A stretch of DNA of 64,000 nt from Spizellomyces punctatus DAOM BR117 (taxonomy: Eukaryota): assembly GCA_000182565.2 (NCBI GenBank), contig KQ257460.1. One strand, 5' to 3'. A program made the translations under genes and the position numbers. Within the stretch, counting starts at the first letter, position 1. Each line of letters begins with the position of its first letter. Below are positions 41,082 through 53,489 of the stretch, piece by piece. Below the pieces are notes generated by a model. It had not been told where the DNA came from. It ran no database searches and saw only the letters and a program-made list of their open reading frames with translations.

Positions 41082-42098
41082 ATGCCCGACACATCCAATA
41101 AGGATTTGCCTGGCCAACCTCTGGAGCGCCGGGACACTATTGTCCATGAACACCCCGAAGAAGCCACTGATCGACCCATCACGAGGGTGGTGGTCATCGC
41201 ATTGGATAGTTCCAGTATGTCTTATTCGCTCATAAATTGTCGCTCCCAGCTCAAAAAGTCATCATTCATCAAAATATGTAGAAAGCAGTGATTATGCCTT
41301 TAACTGGGCTCTAGAGAATTTTTTGTCTCCTGAGAAGGATTTGTGCGTTTTGGTCAATGTAAGGCCCATTGCAGCCGTGCCGGGGCCGTTTGGAACAGCG
41401 TACATGGATTTTACTGGTTGGTTCTCCAGTCAGTGCTTAGCTTGTAATGGTTCGCAACTCAGATGATACAAACGCTGTTGCGTGCTTCGTTCCCGTGTGG
41501 ATATTGTTGCTCGATCGGTGGATGATGATGATGATCTAGATTATGTGGTTCAAGTTGAGGAGCGGGTAAGTTGTTCCATGTCTTGATTTCAGATGTTGCG
41601 AGCAAAAGGGTTTGATGTGGTCTCCTCCTGGGTGATGATAATAGTACCGAACGGAATCTCATGCCCTCCTCCAACGATACGCCTCGCTTGTAAAAAAGCG
41701 CAAGGTATTCCTTTCCCCTTCTCTCTTACAAAGTTTCTCAGAGGCTCAGGTTCGGATGTCCCTAGATTGCGGTCAAAGCCATTGCAATGCGTGGTGACCC
41801 CCGTGAAGAGCTTTGTCGCAAAGTGGAAGAACTGGATGCAGATGCATTTATTCTGGGGTCAAGGGGGCTGGGCACACTTAAACGTGTCATTTTGGGTTCT
41901 ATCTCTGGTTAGCTTCTTTCACACACATCCGTTGTTACCACATTCTTCTAATGATTGACTTGACCAGATTACTGCGTTCATCATGTCAAGTGCCCTGTCT
42001 TGATCATAAAGAACAAGGATGCGGGGAACGGGAAGGAAGAACGACCCGTGGAAGGCATTGTCGCTGCTGAGGTCCCCCCTGCCTCGAACCCTCGTTAA
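41082..42098 (+). CDS. Universal stress protein A (USP) domain protein, about 6 exons
   Basis: RVVVIALDSS|KQSDYAFNWALEN, AMRGDPREELC, ILGSRGLGTLKRVILGSIS|DYCVHHVKCPVLIIK. Confidence 0.9.
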
Positions 42099-42408
42099 GG
42101 GTTAGACGGCTGGTATTGAGATTTGTGGATGTGTTTGAAAAGCACGATCAGAGGTCGGTTGATGCCATCTTTATATGTAACCAATTGCCAGTATATGTTG
42201 AAATGTAGAAAAAAGTTCAAACCGCTGCTGGTATGATCATCTGAATCAAAGATCAGACATAGAGATGGCCTGTGTACGGTAGTAGGAGGCGTCGCCGATG
42301 TGGGTGATTCTATAGAGTGTGCAGTGTCCCGAGACTGCAGTCATTGGGACGAAAAGCGAGGAGAAAATAACTTTGAATATATTATATAGCATCCTTTTGC
42401 ATACCATA

Positions 42409-42481
42409 GCTCGCGTAGTCTAGTGGTTATGACGTCTGCTTTACACGCAGAAGGTCCTCGGTTCAACCCCGAGCGTGAGCA
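42409..42481 (+). tRNA. tRNA-Val, anticodon TAC
   Basis: Acceptor GCTCGCG/CGTGAGC, D arm TAGTCTAGTGGTTATGAC, anticodon arm TCTGC-TT-TAC-AC-GCAGA, T arm CTCGG-TTCAACC-CCGAG; T-run Pol III terminator at about 42503. Confidence 0.96.
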
Positions 42482-42957
42482 TCAATAGGACGGGCCATTA
42501 AGTTTTTTTTGTCTTCAAACTTAAGCGGTACATCATCGTGCAGATTTGAATGCTGTTTCTGATATCCACCAACCCAGACATTTTCCGCTGGCGTTTCTCG
42601 AATGGGAGATCCATCCCACCGGCGTTATTGTCTTTGCCCCTGATTACTCTATAATACAATGCTCAAGAATGAGTGTTTGCGCAGGTTTTAAGATGCGCAG
42701 CACGGACTAGTCGATAGGTTAGAATCGACATCTTTTGTGCTTGAACACTTTGACACTTTCCACTAGCTGCGCACTGGAACTCAAAAAAGCCGCGCTTATG
42801 CGAGTCTCTCGCACACGTGACTCGCAGGACTTACGCGCTTAGTTCAACTGCTTCTGCCTTTTCTTACTTTTAGAGTTTTTCTTTCCTGTGGACCAGCACA
42901 TGGTTAAGAGTATATACGGAATCTGGACGCTGGACCAAAGGTTACCCTCTTTGTAAC

Positions 42958-44653
42958 ATGTCTGAACGAATAAAAGCTTCACGACTGCGTCCCCCACCTC
43001 CCCCACGTGCACGGACCCTGCGGTCAGCGAGAACCCATGCACCCAGACCCTTTGAGCAGAATGTCTCGTACCGCCCCACAGGTCTGTCCCTCCTCTCCCT
43101 TCCCACCGAGATATTGCACATGATAGCAAACTACACTTTTCCCGCCTCGCATCCAACGACAAACCTAGTGGACCGACAAGCACGCGAGAACCTTCTCGCC
43201 CTGTTACGAACATGTCGAACATGTTTTGGGATCTGTGTTCCGATACTTTGGAAGTCTCCAATGCATTTTACAAATCAAAAGGCTTTGGCGGGGTTATGTA
43301 ACGTTCTTGCATCGAGTCCCCGAGCGGAAACCTATGCGAATAGTATTGTTAGCTTGGGAATGTTTTGCGCGGACGTTTATGGACTTTCGGCTGTTGAGGC
43401 GAGAAAGTTGGGGAGGGGGATTATAGGTGACGACGGGCCAAAGTATCCAAAATTGAAAGAGTTGGCGTTGGGGTAAGTTTGATGCTCTTGTTTCTGCACG
43501 CGGACGGGAGCGTGGATCTGACAGTTTTGGGGCCGTTTGGTATTTCGTCCTGTTCTTTTTACGATAGACCATCACCAAATGGACGTCCGTATCTGAGCGA
43601 CTCGTCGGTTTCATCCATCGTAAAGCAATGTCCTTCTCTCATCGCTCTCCACCTCGAACATCTACCGGAAATCAAGGGTTATGTTCTCCTCAGATATACT
43701 CCTCCCCTTCAACGCCTCATCATCCGATACTGCCCAGAAACAGCGGGTCAACTCTTCCGAATACTTACCTACCATGCACCGACTCTCGAAGAGCTCGAAT
43801 TAACAGACCTATATGCCCGTCATCTTGAAGCCCTTGGATCCTGCTCAAAGCTAAAGAGTCTATATGTTGATCATATCCGTCTAGGAGAAATGGAAGTTGA
43901 AGCGTTGTCGCACATAACCGCGTCGGGACGATTGACTCAATTGGAAAGTTTGTCGTTGGTGGATGCATCGATGTTGGGAACGGAGCATGTGCGAAGACTG
44001 GTAACGAATTGTGGCGAGAACTTGCGAGTACTGTGTTTGGGAGCTGTAGGGTGGGTAGGCGACGCGGCAATGTTTGCTGTTGCAAAGTCTTGTCCCAACT
44101 TGGAGTACTTGGACATTGGCGATCTGATCATTAGTGATCTTCCTTTAATGGTAAGCATTGCTGGTGTTCCATGGTAGCAATGGAACTTGGCGCTTTGGTA
44201 ACGCTGCATTATGTTTACCTCCTGTGGTTTTAGGAAATCGCCATAAACTGCTCAAAACTTCGTCATCTAGATGTAACGTACAATGACCTCTGTACGGACC
44301 GTCTTCTAGAGGCCCTCCAGCGCCACGCCAAAAATCTGCGTGTTCTCTATGCGGCAGAAGCCGCGCAACTCACTGTAGCGGGATGGTTCATGTTCCTTCA
44401 AGCTGCCGTTCCCCGCGGCCTAGCATCCTTCTCCGCGGGGGCATTGTGGCACCCGCGATGGGAAGGATGGGTCTTTTATGAAATGGTCAAGAAGCATTAT
44501 TCTCAATTTGCCGTATACGACGGCCGGGAAAGGGAGTTTAGTTTGGAGGAATACGTAAGGGAAATGGCACCTGCGGCGAGGTTTGATCCGATACCATTAC
44601 CAAGTCGACCGCAGGGGTGGATGAATCATGACCCCGTATTTTGGAGCTCTTGA
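42958..44653 (+). CDS. F-box / leucine-rich-repeat protein
   Basis: LLSLPTEILHMIANY F-box; RNI-like repeats (CPSLIALHL, CPNLEYLDIGD, CSKLRHLDVTYNDLCTD). Confidence 0.85.
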
Positions 44654-45409
44654 TGGGTGGATTGATTATTTTAAACTTTTGTGTATATATTTGATCAAAC
44701 TCCGAACGGGGGTTATCAATGCCATGGTTATTTCCACAGAAACGTGTACGTCGCGTGACAAGTTGTGGATTGGGGCGATAAACCACAAAAGTATGATAAC
44801 CCTGTGATTCGTTAAGAACACCAGTTGGCCACAGGCAAGTCGGGCGCCGTGAAAAAAGCTGGCCGCTACGGCGGAGGGTAGGGCACTGTGACTGCGACGG
44901 GTGACGTCAGCTCCGATGGCTTGCATGACGCGCCATTGCTGCCTTTTATGGATATGCTTGTTAACCACGTGCCCAAGTCGTGTGAGATACAAGTTGTAGA
45001 CTTTTTGGACTTCCCGCCCTTGTCCCAAGAAGATGGGAATATGGAAAATTACACAAAGTAGATAAGTTTAAAAAGGTAGTAATTGGTCCAGTAAGCAAAA
45101 AAAAAGGAAATTAAGAAATATGGAAAATAGTGAAATAGGCCATTTGATCCGGCCGTGGACGGTCAATTTGTGGCTAAAGGAAAAAAGATGAACGTTTTGG
45201 GAGAGTTCAGGGAAGTTTCGTCACAACTATCCTTGATGGTATAAAAAACATAGCCTGAATGCTCCGCCTTCACGCCGAACTCGTTGAATTTCCAACACAC
45301 GCGAGCTGCCCCCCGCGCATCTCTTCTTCCCCACAACGGTAGATAGAGAGACAAAAAGGCTTCCTTTCCCAATCCAACAACGGGTTTTTCCATCTGATTT
45401 GTGGCAGCC

Positions 45410-47865
45410 ATGGGCCATCACGTCATGTCGCGTATCGGCCTGGTGTTGATGGTGATGGCGGCGTGGGTCATGGTATCGGCTCAGAATCTTGGATGTGATT
45501 CACCGATTTACTGTCCTGGACCATTGTTGGATGCTGTTCAACGGGCCAAAATCTACAAGGATTCCAAAACGTAAGTAGATTGAAAACATGTAATGAAAAT
45601 GTGCTGGAATGTGTTTTTTTTGATTGTTGGTTTTTCGTGATTCCCTTTTAGGTTTGTCGATAAACCCACCACCAAGCCGCTTTCGCAGGTTCTCTCAGCT
45701 TTTAATGCCTTGGGTCCTAACCCGTCCGCCGCAGCCATCAAAACCTTTGTCGACCAAAACTTTGGACCTGAAGGAACGGAAACGGAACCTGTTGTTCCGC
45801 GCGACTGGAAGCCTTCGCCTGCCTTTCTTTCGTCTATCAAGGATGGCAATCTACGTGAATGGGGGCAGATTGTTCATTCCATTTGGAAAAACTTGACTAG
45901 AGATTTTAAGACGGAGACAGCAAACTGTACAGAATGTGTTTCGAGTCTGCTGCCGGCCAAGCATACGTTTGTGGTACCCGGCGGCCGGTTTAGAGAGTTT
46001 TATTATTGGTGAGTTTAAAGTCCAAATTTCGGTTCAAAAAGATGTGGGGGGTAGTTTGCCCAAAAAAAAAATAACACGAGGTCATTAAATCGTGTGTTTG
46101 AATCTAGGGATTCGTACTTTGTAATGGAAGGCCTCATTCTCAGCGAAATGTTTGAAACAAGCCAAGATATTATTGAAAACCAGATGGACTTTATCGACAA
46201 GTACGGATTTGTTCGTATGTAGAGTGACAATTTTTTTGTGTGTGTGAATAGCCAGTATGAGGTTGGCACATGCTGAATATTTTTTGTCTTTAGCAAATGG
46301 TGCGCGGATATACTACCTCAACCGATCGCAACCACCCATGCTAACTCAAATGGTCGATTTGTACATTACTGCAACAAAAAATACCTCTTCCCTGGCTCGG
46401 TGGTTACCATTACTTGATAAGGAATATCAAGTATGAAGTTCTAGTCGTTTCATATTTGCATTGGGGTGGTACTGATCGGCTAATGGTGCACTACATGCAG
46501 TTTTGGCAGAAAAACCGAACTGTCACAGTCAAAGGCCAGGATGGAAAAGACTACCTCTTGAATCGCTTTGATGTTACCAACCAACAGCCGCGCCCAGAAT
46601 CTTGGAATGAAGACTTGATTACAGTAGAGGGAGGTAATATTACTGGAGATGCCGCCAAAGCTCTGTACGCAGACCTCGCTACGGCTGCAGAGTCGGGGTG
46701 GGACTTTTCGTCTAGATGGTATTGTTGATTTCGTCTTTATTTATACGCGTTCTGTTTCATAACGCATTTCAATGCAGGGAGAACAACCCGACAAACAACA
46801 GCGATGCACAAGGCAACCTTCGTCGTCTCGTCACCCGCCAGATCATTCCAGTTGATCTCAACAGTCTCCTTTACGCTAATGAGCAATCCTTGCAGAAACT
46901 GCATACCATGGCAGGGAACCGTGACCAAGCCATGTTGTACAAGCGAGAGTCTACGAAAAGACGCTTGGGAATGTGGGAGGTATTTTGGGATGATAGAGAA
47001 GGGAATTTTATGGATTTTAATTTGACGAGTGGGAAGAGAAGTATTGTTCAGACTCCTGCTGGATACTGGCCACTGTGGTACGTTCCTATTTAGTTTTGGG
47101 GAGAACGTTGATGTAAAGTGTACGGAACGTCTCACCATTCTGGTATGGGTATTGGATTGTAGGTCAGGAGTAGCCTTGGAAGATCCTCGTGGAAAACCCA
47201 CGGACAGGTGTACCGATCTCATGAGACCTTTTTCGGACCTTGACTCCGTTCTTAAACGGTTCCCAGGCGGTATTCCAACCACGTTTTTTAACACTGGGCT
47301 TCAATGGGATCTTCCCAACTCTTGTAAGCAAAGAGTCCCTTTTTTGTTTTCGAATTGTGTGTTTAACAATGGGTCATTATTAGGGCCTCCGCTCGCTTTT
47401 ATAACCATGCGCGCCCTCCAACGCACCATTACAGCCCTTCCCAGTCAAAACTGCACAACAAACTCTGTCAACAGTCTCAAGACAACTCTTCAATCCGCTG
47501 CCCAACAGTATATTACCTCCGCATTCTGCTCCTGGCGCGAGACGGGTGGAAGACTCGCGAACCTCCCTCCAACAAACACAACAGCAAAGGACGATGGAAA
47601 CATGTTTGAAAAGTTTGATGCTACCAAGGTGGGCGGTGCTGGCTCAGGTGGAGAGTATGAGGTTCAAGATGGGTTTGGGTGGACGAATGGAGTGGCTATT
47701 TGGACCCTAAAGGAATTTGGAGACGTTTTGAAAGCGGAATCGTGTACGGTTGGGCAGAAGCAGGGGCAAACGGACAATAAACAGACGTCTGCTGGAAGGC
47801 GGAGGGTGGGTGTCCCGAGATGGGCTGTGGTACTAAAGGGTCTGATGCAAACAGTTGGGCTGTGA
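45410..47865 (+). CDS. Secreted alpha,alpha-trehalase (GH37)
   Basis: Signal peptide, then CDSPIYCPG, PGGRFREFYYW|DSY, NGARIYYLNRSQPP, RPES, AAESGWDFSSRW, PVDLNS, QWDLPNS, GGEYEVQDGFGWTNG. Confidence 0.95.
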
Positions 47866-47971
47866 GTACGTTTGTCGAAACTATAGTTAGTCGTAGTATT
47901 TGTCCCGTTGTCATCCTTGGGACGCTGGAACGTTCGAGGGTTGAACCTCGTAGTTTGTTATGTAATTCTTG

Positions 47972-48045
47972 GTGGACAGAATTGTATCCTCATCGTTCGC
48001 AAACATTAGTGGACAGAATAGTATCCTCATCGTTCGCAAACATTA
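47972..48045. repeat. 37-bp direct tandem duplication
   Basis: gtggacagaat(t/a)gtatcctcatcgttcgcaaacatta occurs twice, with one mismatch. Confidence 0.9.
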
Positions 48046-48291
48046 TTGATAAGATTTGCATTTGGCAAGCATGGGTCAACACACAAATATCCAAAAAAAC
48101 TACGGGTATAATTAATAGACATGAAAAGGTTCGAGTCTCATCGTTCAACAATGAGCCAAGGCTAACCAAAAAAAACGTTTGTCCTCCAGTCACAAACTCC
48201 CACCAGCCCCCCACTAACGTAACAGAAAACATAAACAAAAGAAAATACAAAGAAAAGTCCTAACCCATTAAAAGTACTGTCGCTCCCACAT

Positions 48292-49694
48292 TTAGACAGG
48301 TACAGTCTTACTGCCCGCTCCCGATAGATTTTCATTTATTTCGTCGTCGGGTGAGTGGAATTCTCCCCATATGAGGCCACCCTATAAACCAAATCATGAG
48401 TACGTGATATTCACCACAAACAAGCCAGAGCACGTACATATCCAATCAAGACTAGTATCACAGTCATGACGTTGGTCCCTATGCTTTGAATGCGGGACCA
48501 CCAAGTTGTGGCAAAAAGCTGGGTAAAAAAAAGTGGAACGTGATTAGGAGAACCACCCTATGTTAGTAGTTCTGGGATGGTAACTTACTGTGTCGGCCCG
48601 GAAGGAAAAGACCATGAGGACAGCAGCGAACCAGAGGAATATGCAAGTAAATGTCCAGTTGAAGAGTTTCATCTACCCATAAAACGTTAGGGGGAGACGA
48701 TCAGCGTAAACGCACAACTGTCGTTACTCACTTTGCCAATCGCTTTTCGCATCCTTGAATCCCCACTTTTGGTTGTTCCCGCGGACGTCGTTTCACCCCC
48801 TTTGCATCCCATACTCCCAGCCGTCGAAGTTTGTATTCGACTCCGGCTGTTGGCTTTGAGGTCCGCCGCAGAGGCCTCCGCAACACGGACCATCTGCCGT
48901 CCAAAAAAGGCAAAGCCAGCGCTCAAAACACCGCAAAAGAACGAGTAGAGGAGGTAGAGGATGCAGGTTAGGAGGGATTCACGGTCAAGGTCTCCTGCAT
49001 CTCGTGCGCGACCAGAAAAGATTCCGACGGGGATGATGGTGATTGCGCTCGTTAGGAGGTAGGCATGGCGGATGATTTTTAGTAGTGATGGACTGGGAAG
49101 CCAAATTGTATCGGTTGTATAGGCTGGCGTCATCCGCACTCTGAGAAAAGAGTGGTTAGATATCTGATGAATAATGTGGGTGGGGCAACGTTCGTGGTAA
49201 ACTTACAGGGAGCAGAGGTAGATCCATACAGAAATCAAACCGCATACGTATGGGATATCGGAGGACAGTTGGGCCCACGTTGCATTCGAGAACCACACTA
49301 ACGCCAGAGCTGTCGAATCCAGCGCTCTCCCTACACGCCAAAAAATTGTTCAATATACAACTATAGCATCAGCGACCAAACACGCATGAGGGGAACTCAC
49401 CCAATCCAAATCCAATGGAATTTATAACAATGTACGAATCAATCGTTGATAGTCCAATTACTCGGTTCTTCTTTATACCCCATCGCCAGCAAAGTAGACA
49501 GAGACCGAGGAAGAAAATGAGGTATCCGACTGCTGCCGTGACCCACATTACGGCAGTAAAAAAGGATGAGGATTCGCAGTCGTGGACGAATATGTGCCAT
49601 CTATATAAAGCGACGAAAATTGGTTATATGGCGTTGGAAGTGCAGCAGCAACATGTATGTACCGGCAAGGTCGTAGAGGATATGTTTCGCTCAT
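48292..49694 (-). CDS. Hypothetical multi-pass (about 7 TM) receptor-like membrane protein
   Basis: Spliced reading MSETYPLRPC|RWHIFVHDCESSSFFTAVMWVTAAVG...; successive hydrophobic helices; a Ser/Thr/Gly loop before the last two helices; stop TAA at 48292-48294. Confidence 0.65.
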
Positions 49695-51749
49695 AGTAGA
49701 CCAAAAAAAAAAAAAAAAAACGATTTTATATCATAACCAGATATGCCCGAGTTCAGGGTACGTGGAGTGGTGGTGGAGGAGAAAAAAAAGATGGGGACGG
49801 TATGGGAGGTGTGTGAAGAGCTCAACAGACTTTTAACGAGCGATTCGTCCGTCTTCCTCGTCACAAAGCGTGAAAGGTCAACCTTAACTTGTCCCTAAAT
49901 CGCCGTTGTTCGAGTTACTTGTGTCCATTGAGGCGATTACAAAATACGCTCGCTTGCAATAAAAAAATAAAGCAAGAAAAGGCAAACGAACGATTTGCGC
50001 AAGGTGCTCCCAAAAGGAAGGACAAAAAAGCTTGGCCCCAACGGAAGGGAAATTTCTTTTTGCTGGTATGACAGCTCTTACAGTCTTACTCTCCAAATGT
50101 GTTTTATATAGCGCACATAAAGTATTTTGGGTTTTAAAAAAAAATGAACACTTTCACACCTTTTTTCCAAACCGCGCGCCGTCGTCGCACTTGAGACTTG
50201 CTCGTTCAAAGCCTCATCATTTGGACGGGCCATCAAGTAGAGGTTGGAAAGGGATTCTCTAATTAGTTTATGTTTGTTTTCATTCTTTTGGATAATGTCA
50301 TTTAAATGAGCATCCAAGGGTCAGTATGGTGCCACGTACATTCAAGAAGTAGTTCACTGCATAGTATGAATGGCCTCTGCTCTTTTAATAACATTCCCGT
50401 TTTGGGGGACATCTCATGATCAAACTGTTGACATCTACACGCAACTACATTCATTCAACGATGCAAGCGAACATGCGAATCCCTTTTTGTCAACACACAA
50501 GTGTGTCCTTGAACCCAGAATGTTTTTTGTTATGTTCCAAATGCATTGTATGTCCCACATTGGCGGAAGCTGAGCTGAGCCATCGGACCCCCAATTTCGA
50601 GAAGAGTCTCTTGGGTCCGGCATTCCCTATAATCAGCTTACAGCTATTCTGGGACTAAACTCCCTTTGCTTTTGTTGATAACTAGGTTGTCAACAAAACA
50701 CAAGATCTCCTTCCCCACATGCTGCCGTTCAGCCGTTTTACACTGGCCACTGCTGTCCCAAAGCGGCAAATGTCCCATCGACTGTTGGAAATCGTACCAT
50801 CCAGAAGCCGCAAGGCGCTCCAGCGTGTCAAACAGTGTCCCTGAGGAAAATGTCCTTGATTGAATAAAATAGTCCTCAGGCAGCTCCTTGATCTGTGGAT
50901 TGTGTGCCTGACGAAACTACATGCAGGTGGCCACAAAGGGCAGTCCCACAGAGTTGCCATAGGACAAAGCGAGCGTCCTGACCAACCATTTTTACAGTTC
51001 TGCCAGTTTGAGATCGATTGCTGATCGGATTGTCAGAGATTTCTTTCATTCGACGATTCGGGACGTGGTTGACATTACAGCTAATGGCAGCAGGTGAGAT
51101 CATTGCACAGTTTAGGGCAATACCGAACCACCCGTTACAAGAGATGATCATCTGTGCCCCGCGACTCACTCAACTTTCCACTTTTCTGCGATCCATGGTC
51201 ACGCAAAACCCAGCATTTCGAACTCGGAGGGACTATATACAAGAGAGCTGTTGGCATCGCACAGGTAGCCTTCTACAACTCGAGTCGACGTATTTAACGG
51301 TCAGACAGAGCAGAAACATAGCAGAACCACACCAGAACCACACCAGCGTTGGCGTTAACCAGGTTTAATCCCGCCAGAGCAACAGCTATAAAATGGCGAG
51401 TTAAAGAATGCAACCACAACAACCCACAATGCAAGAAACTACTTGTAACACTCGAATTTTGTCAGGGGCACGCAGCAAATGCGTGGGATACCACATATTC
51501 GTCATTTAAATACATCAAATTCAAACCACTGCCATGTTTCTGCCCTGTCTAAATAATTCGATTCGAGTTGTAGTCTACCTCCAATGGATCAGTGCAGGGA
51601 CCAGTGTCGGATTCGTCCGTGGTACTTTAAGGTGGCAGGGAGTTGCTGATGTAATACTCATCACGCGTCTTTCACGTGTTTCTGCTCAACCTTGGACGTT
51701 CGTTCAGCACTGCCCCCTTTAAATAAGGCGGCGGACCGGAACGTTTTTT

Positions 51750-52220
51750 TCACCACCGTCCCGTAACTAACCCCGTCCCACCAAACACTCGAGGATAAAC
51801 ACTCGTTTTGACAACCCTTCCAAAAACAATCTTTGAAATCCGTCCATTGCAAAACTCAAACTCTATTGGGCCTTGCACGCAATGGGGTCCGACGCAACAA
51901 CATCTTGTGTGATAAATGTATTTCCAAGTTGTTTTGGGAGCAATTGATTCTGGGATCAGGTCATGGAGAGATTGATGGCGAGAGACGAGAGCAAAGAGGT
52001 GGGTCAGGTGGAGTCGGTACTTTGTCTGGCAGTAGAGATGTATGATGGTCCATAAATTAAAAGAAAAAGCCCAAAATTCTTTGTTTGTTTTTACCTTTCC
52101 GTCAATCCGAGCCAGCTGATATATAACCGTAACATCATCTGTTAATAGATCCAAAAGAGGCTCCAATTGGAGATCAGATGTGGTTTGAAAGAAAGATTCA
52201 ATGAGCGCTTGTTCATTCAT
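51750..52220 (-). CDS. Small hypothetical protein, possibly NTF2/SnoaL-like fold
   Basis: MNEQALIESFFQ..DLQLEPLLDLLTDDVTV...GK and FEFCNGRISKI resemble SnoaL-like termini; likely 69-nt intron at 52026-52094. Confidence 0.5.
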   Translation of the reverse strand: MNEQALIESFFQTTSDLQLEPLLDLLTDDVTVIYQLARIDGKVKTNKEFWAFSFNLWTIIHLYCQTKYRLHLTHLFALVSRHQSLHDLIPESIAPKTTWKYIYHTRCCCVGPHCVQGPIEFEFCNGRISKIVFGRVVKTSVYPRVFGGTGLVTGRW

Positions 52221-53233
52221 GATAACGACCGAGTGGTATCTACGGCCGGACCTTGTTGTGCATGCATTGCAAAAGACCTTTTGTGAAAAGGTCCGACCTA
52301 TCGACGTCATGACTCGTCCCGTGCCCTTGTCTGGCAAACAATCTTTTCTCCAACTCTTTGTCATGATTGTACCACAGAGGGACTGACCATTTCGCACCTG
52401 CATTGCCCTTTGGATGCGACTGGTTCGGCCCCAAATTACCTAATGGAAAGGGCCCTCATTCATTTTCCGCATGTTTTTTTTTGGGAGGTCGGAATTTTTG
52501 GACACCCGGTGGTTGGGTTGCATGTTTGAGGCTTCAGGTGCAATTGTAGTTTCTGATCTTTTTCTTGATGGAAATTCCTGACTGCTTGATCAACAATAGC
52601 AATGCACTCAACCATTGAAAAATGTTAATGTCCCTTCCTACGTCCCTGCTGACAAAAACCCAAAATGGGTTCCGGGATTCCCTTAATATCTGCATTTTTG
52701 TTTCCCGTTTCCCACCAAGAAAAGCCTCCCCATATCTCTCTATTAAAAACTCTTGATACGTGGCAGGAATGGATTGGGGATTTTCGGACAAGATCGGAAG
52801 CGGGTAAAATAACTAAAGAAAATAGTTTTTCCACAAATGTCCGGTTGACAAATCCCGCTTTTTAGCGTGAAATTTTATTTTCCAATGCTTTTGATGTGTG
52901 TGACGATCAACGTGGCAGAATCTTATAGACGGATATTTCCCTTGTTGTTGTTTGGGCTTTTTGTTCAACGGGGGGAACCTCCGTATTGGCGAAATCTCCG
53001 AACGGCAGACAGGCGGGTTGCTTGGTCAAAGGTTTTTTTTTCTAATCACCGCCGTGTGTGTGTGCAAAAGCATTTGGGTTGCTGTGTATGTTCTTTTTGG
53101 TCGGGGGCTCCGTTCCCATCTGGCACTATTTAATGGCTGCTCCTCCACTTGTCACCCCTCACATACACATTATCATTTCGACATCATCTTGATTTCTTCC
53201 ACTCTCCCTCCGCAACTGCTTTACTAATACGTT

Positions 53234-53245
53234 ATGTCCGCGTAA
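53234..53245 (+). promoter_or_regulatory. uORF1 (Met-Ser-Ala-stop) in the leader of the GCN4-like gene
   Basis: ATG TCC GCG TAA followed by an A-rich stretch. Confidence 0.6.
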
Positions 53246-53331
53246 AGCAAAATCAAACGGAGCCTTGGCCCTTGTCTCTTTGGAGCTGTTTTGTAATCCT
53301 TTTTATTTTTCTTAAAATCTCTCGGCCAATT

Positions 53332-53478
53332 ATGGCTTCCTCTTCCAACCTGTTTGCGAATGGTTTTATCTACCACAACCACCAATTGAATAACAACAAC
53401 ACACCCGTCAACAACTGTATTATCTTTGACGTTCCTCGCATCGAGTTGCTCTCTCCTCGCTTTTTCAAGAAACGCTGA
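53332..53478 (+). promoter_or_regulatory. uORF2 (48 codons, MASSSNLF...) ending 11 nt before the main ATG
   Basis: ATG in ATGG context at 53332, TGA ending at 53478; out of frame with the ATG at 53490. Confidence 0.6.
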
Positions 53479-53489
53479 AACAAGTCAAC

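Noticed and set aside
47972..48045. CRISPR-like repeat
   Set aside because: Two adjacent 37-bp copies with no spacer in a eukaryotic 3' region; a simple tandem duplication.
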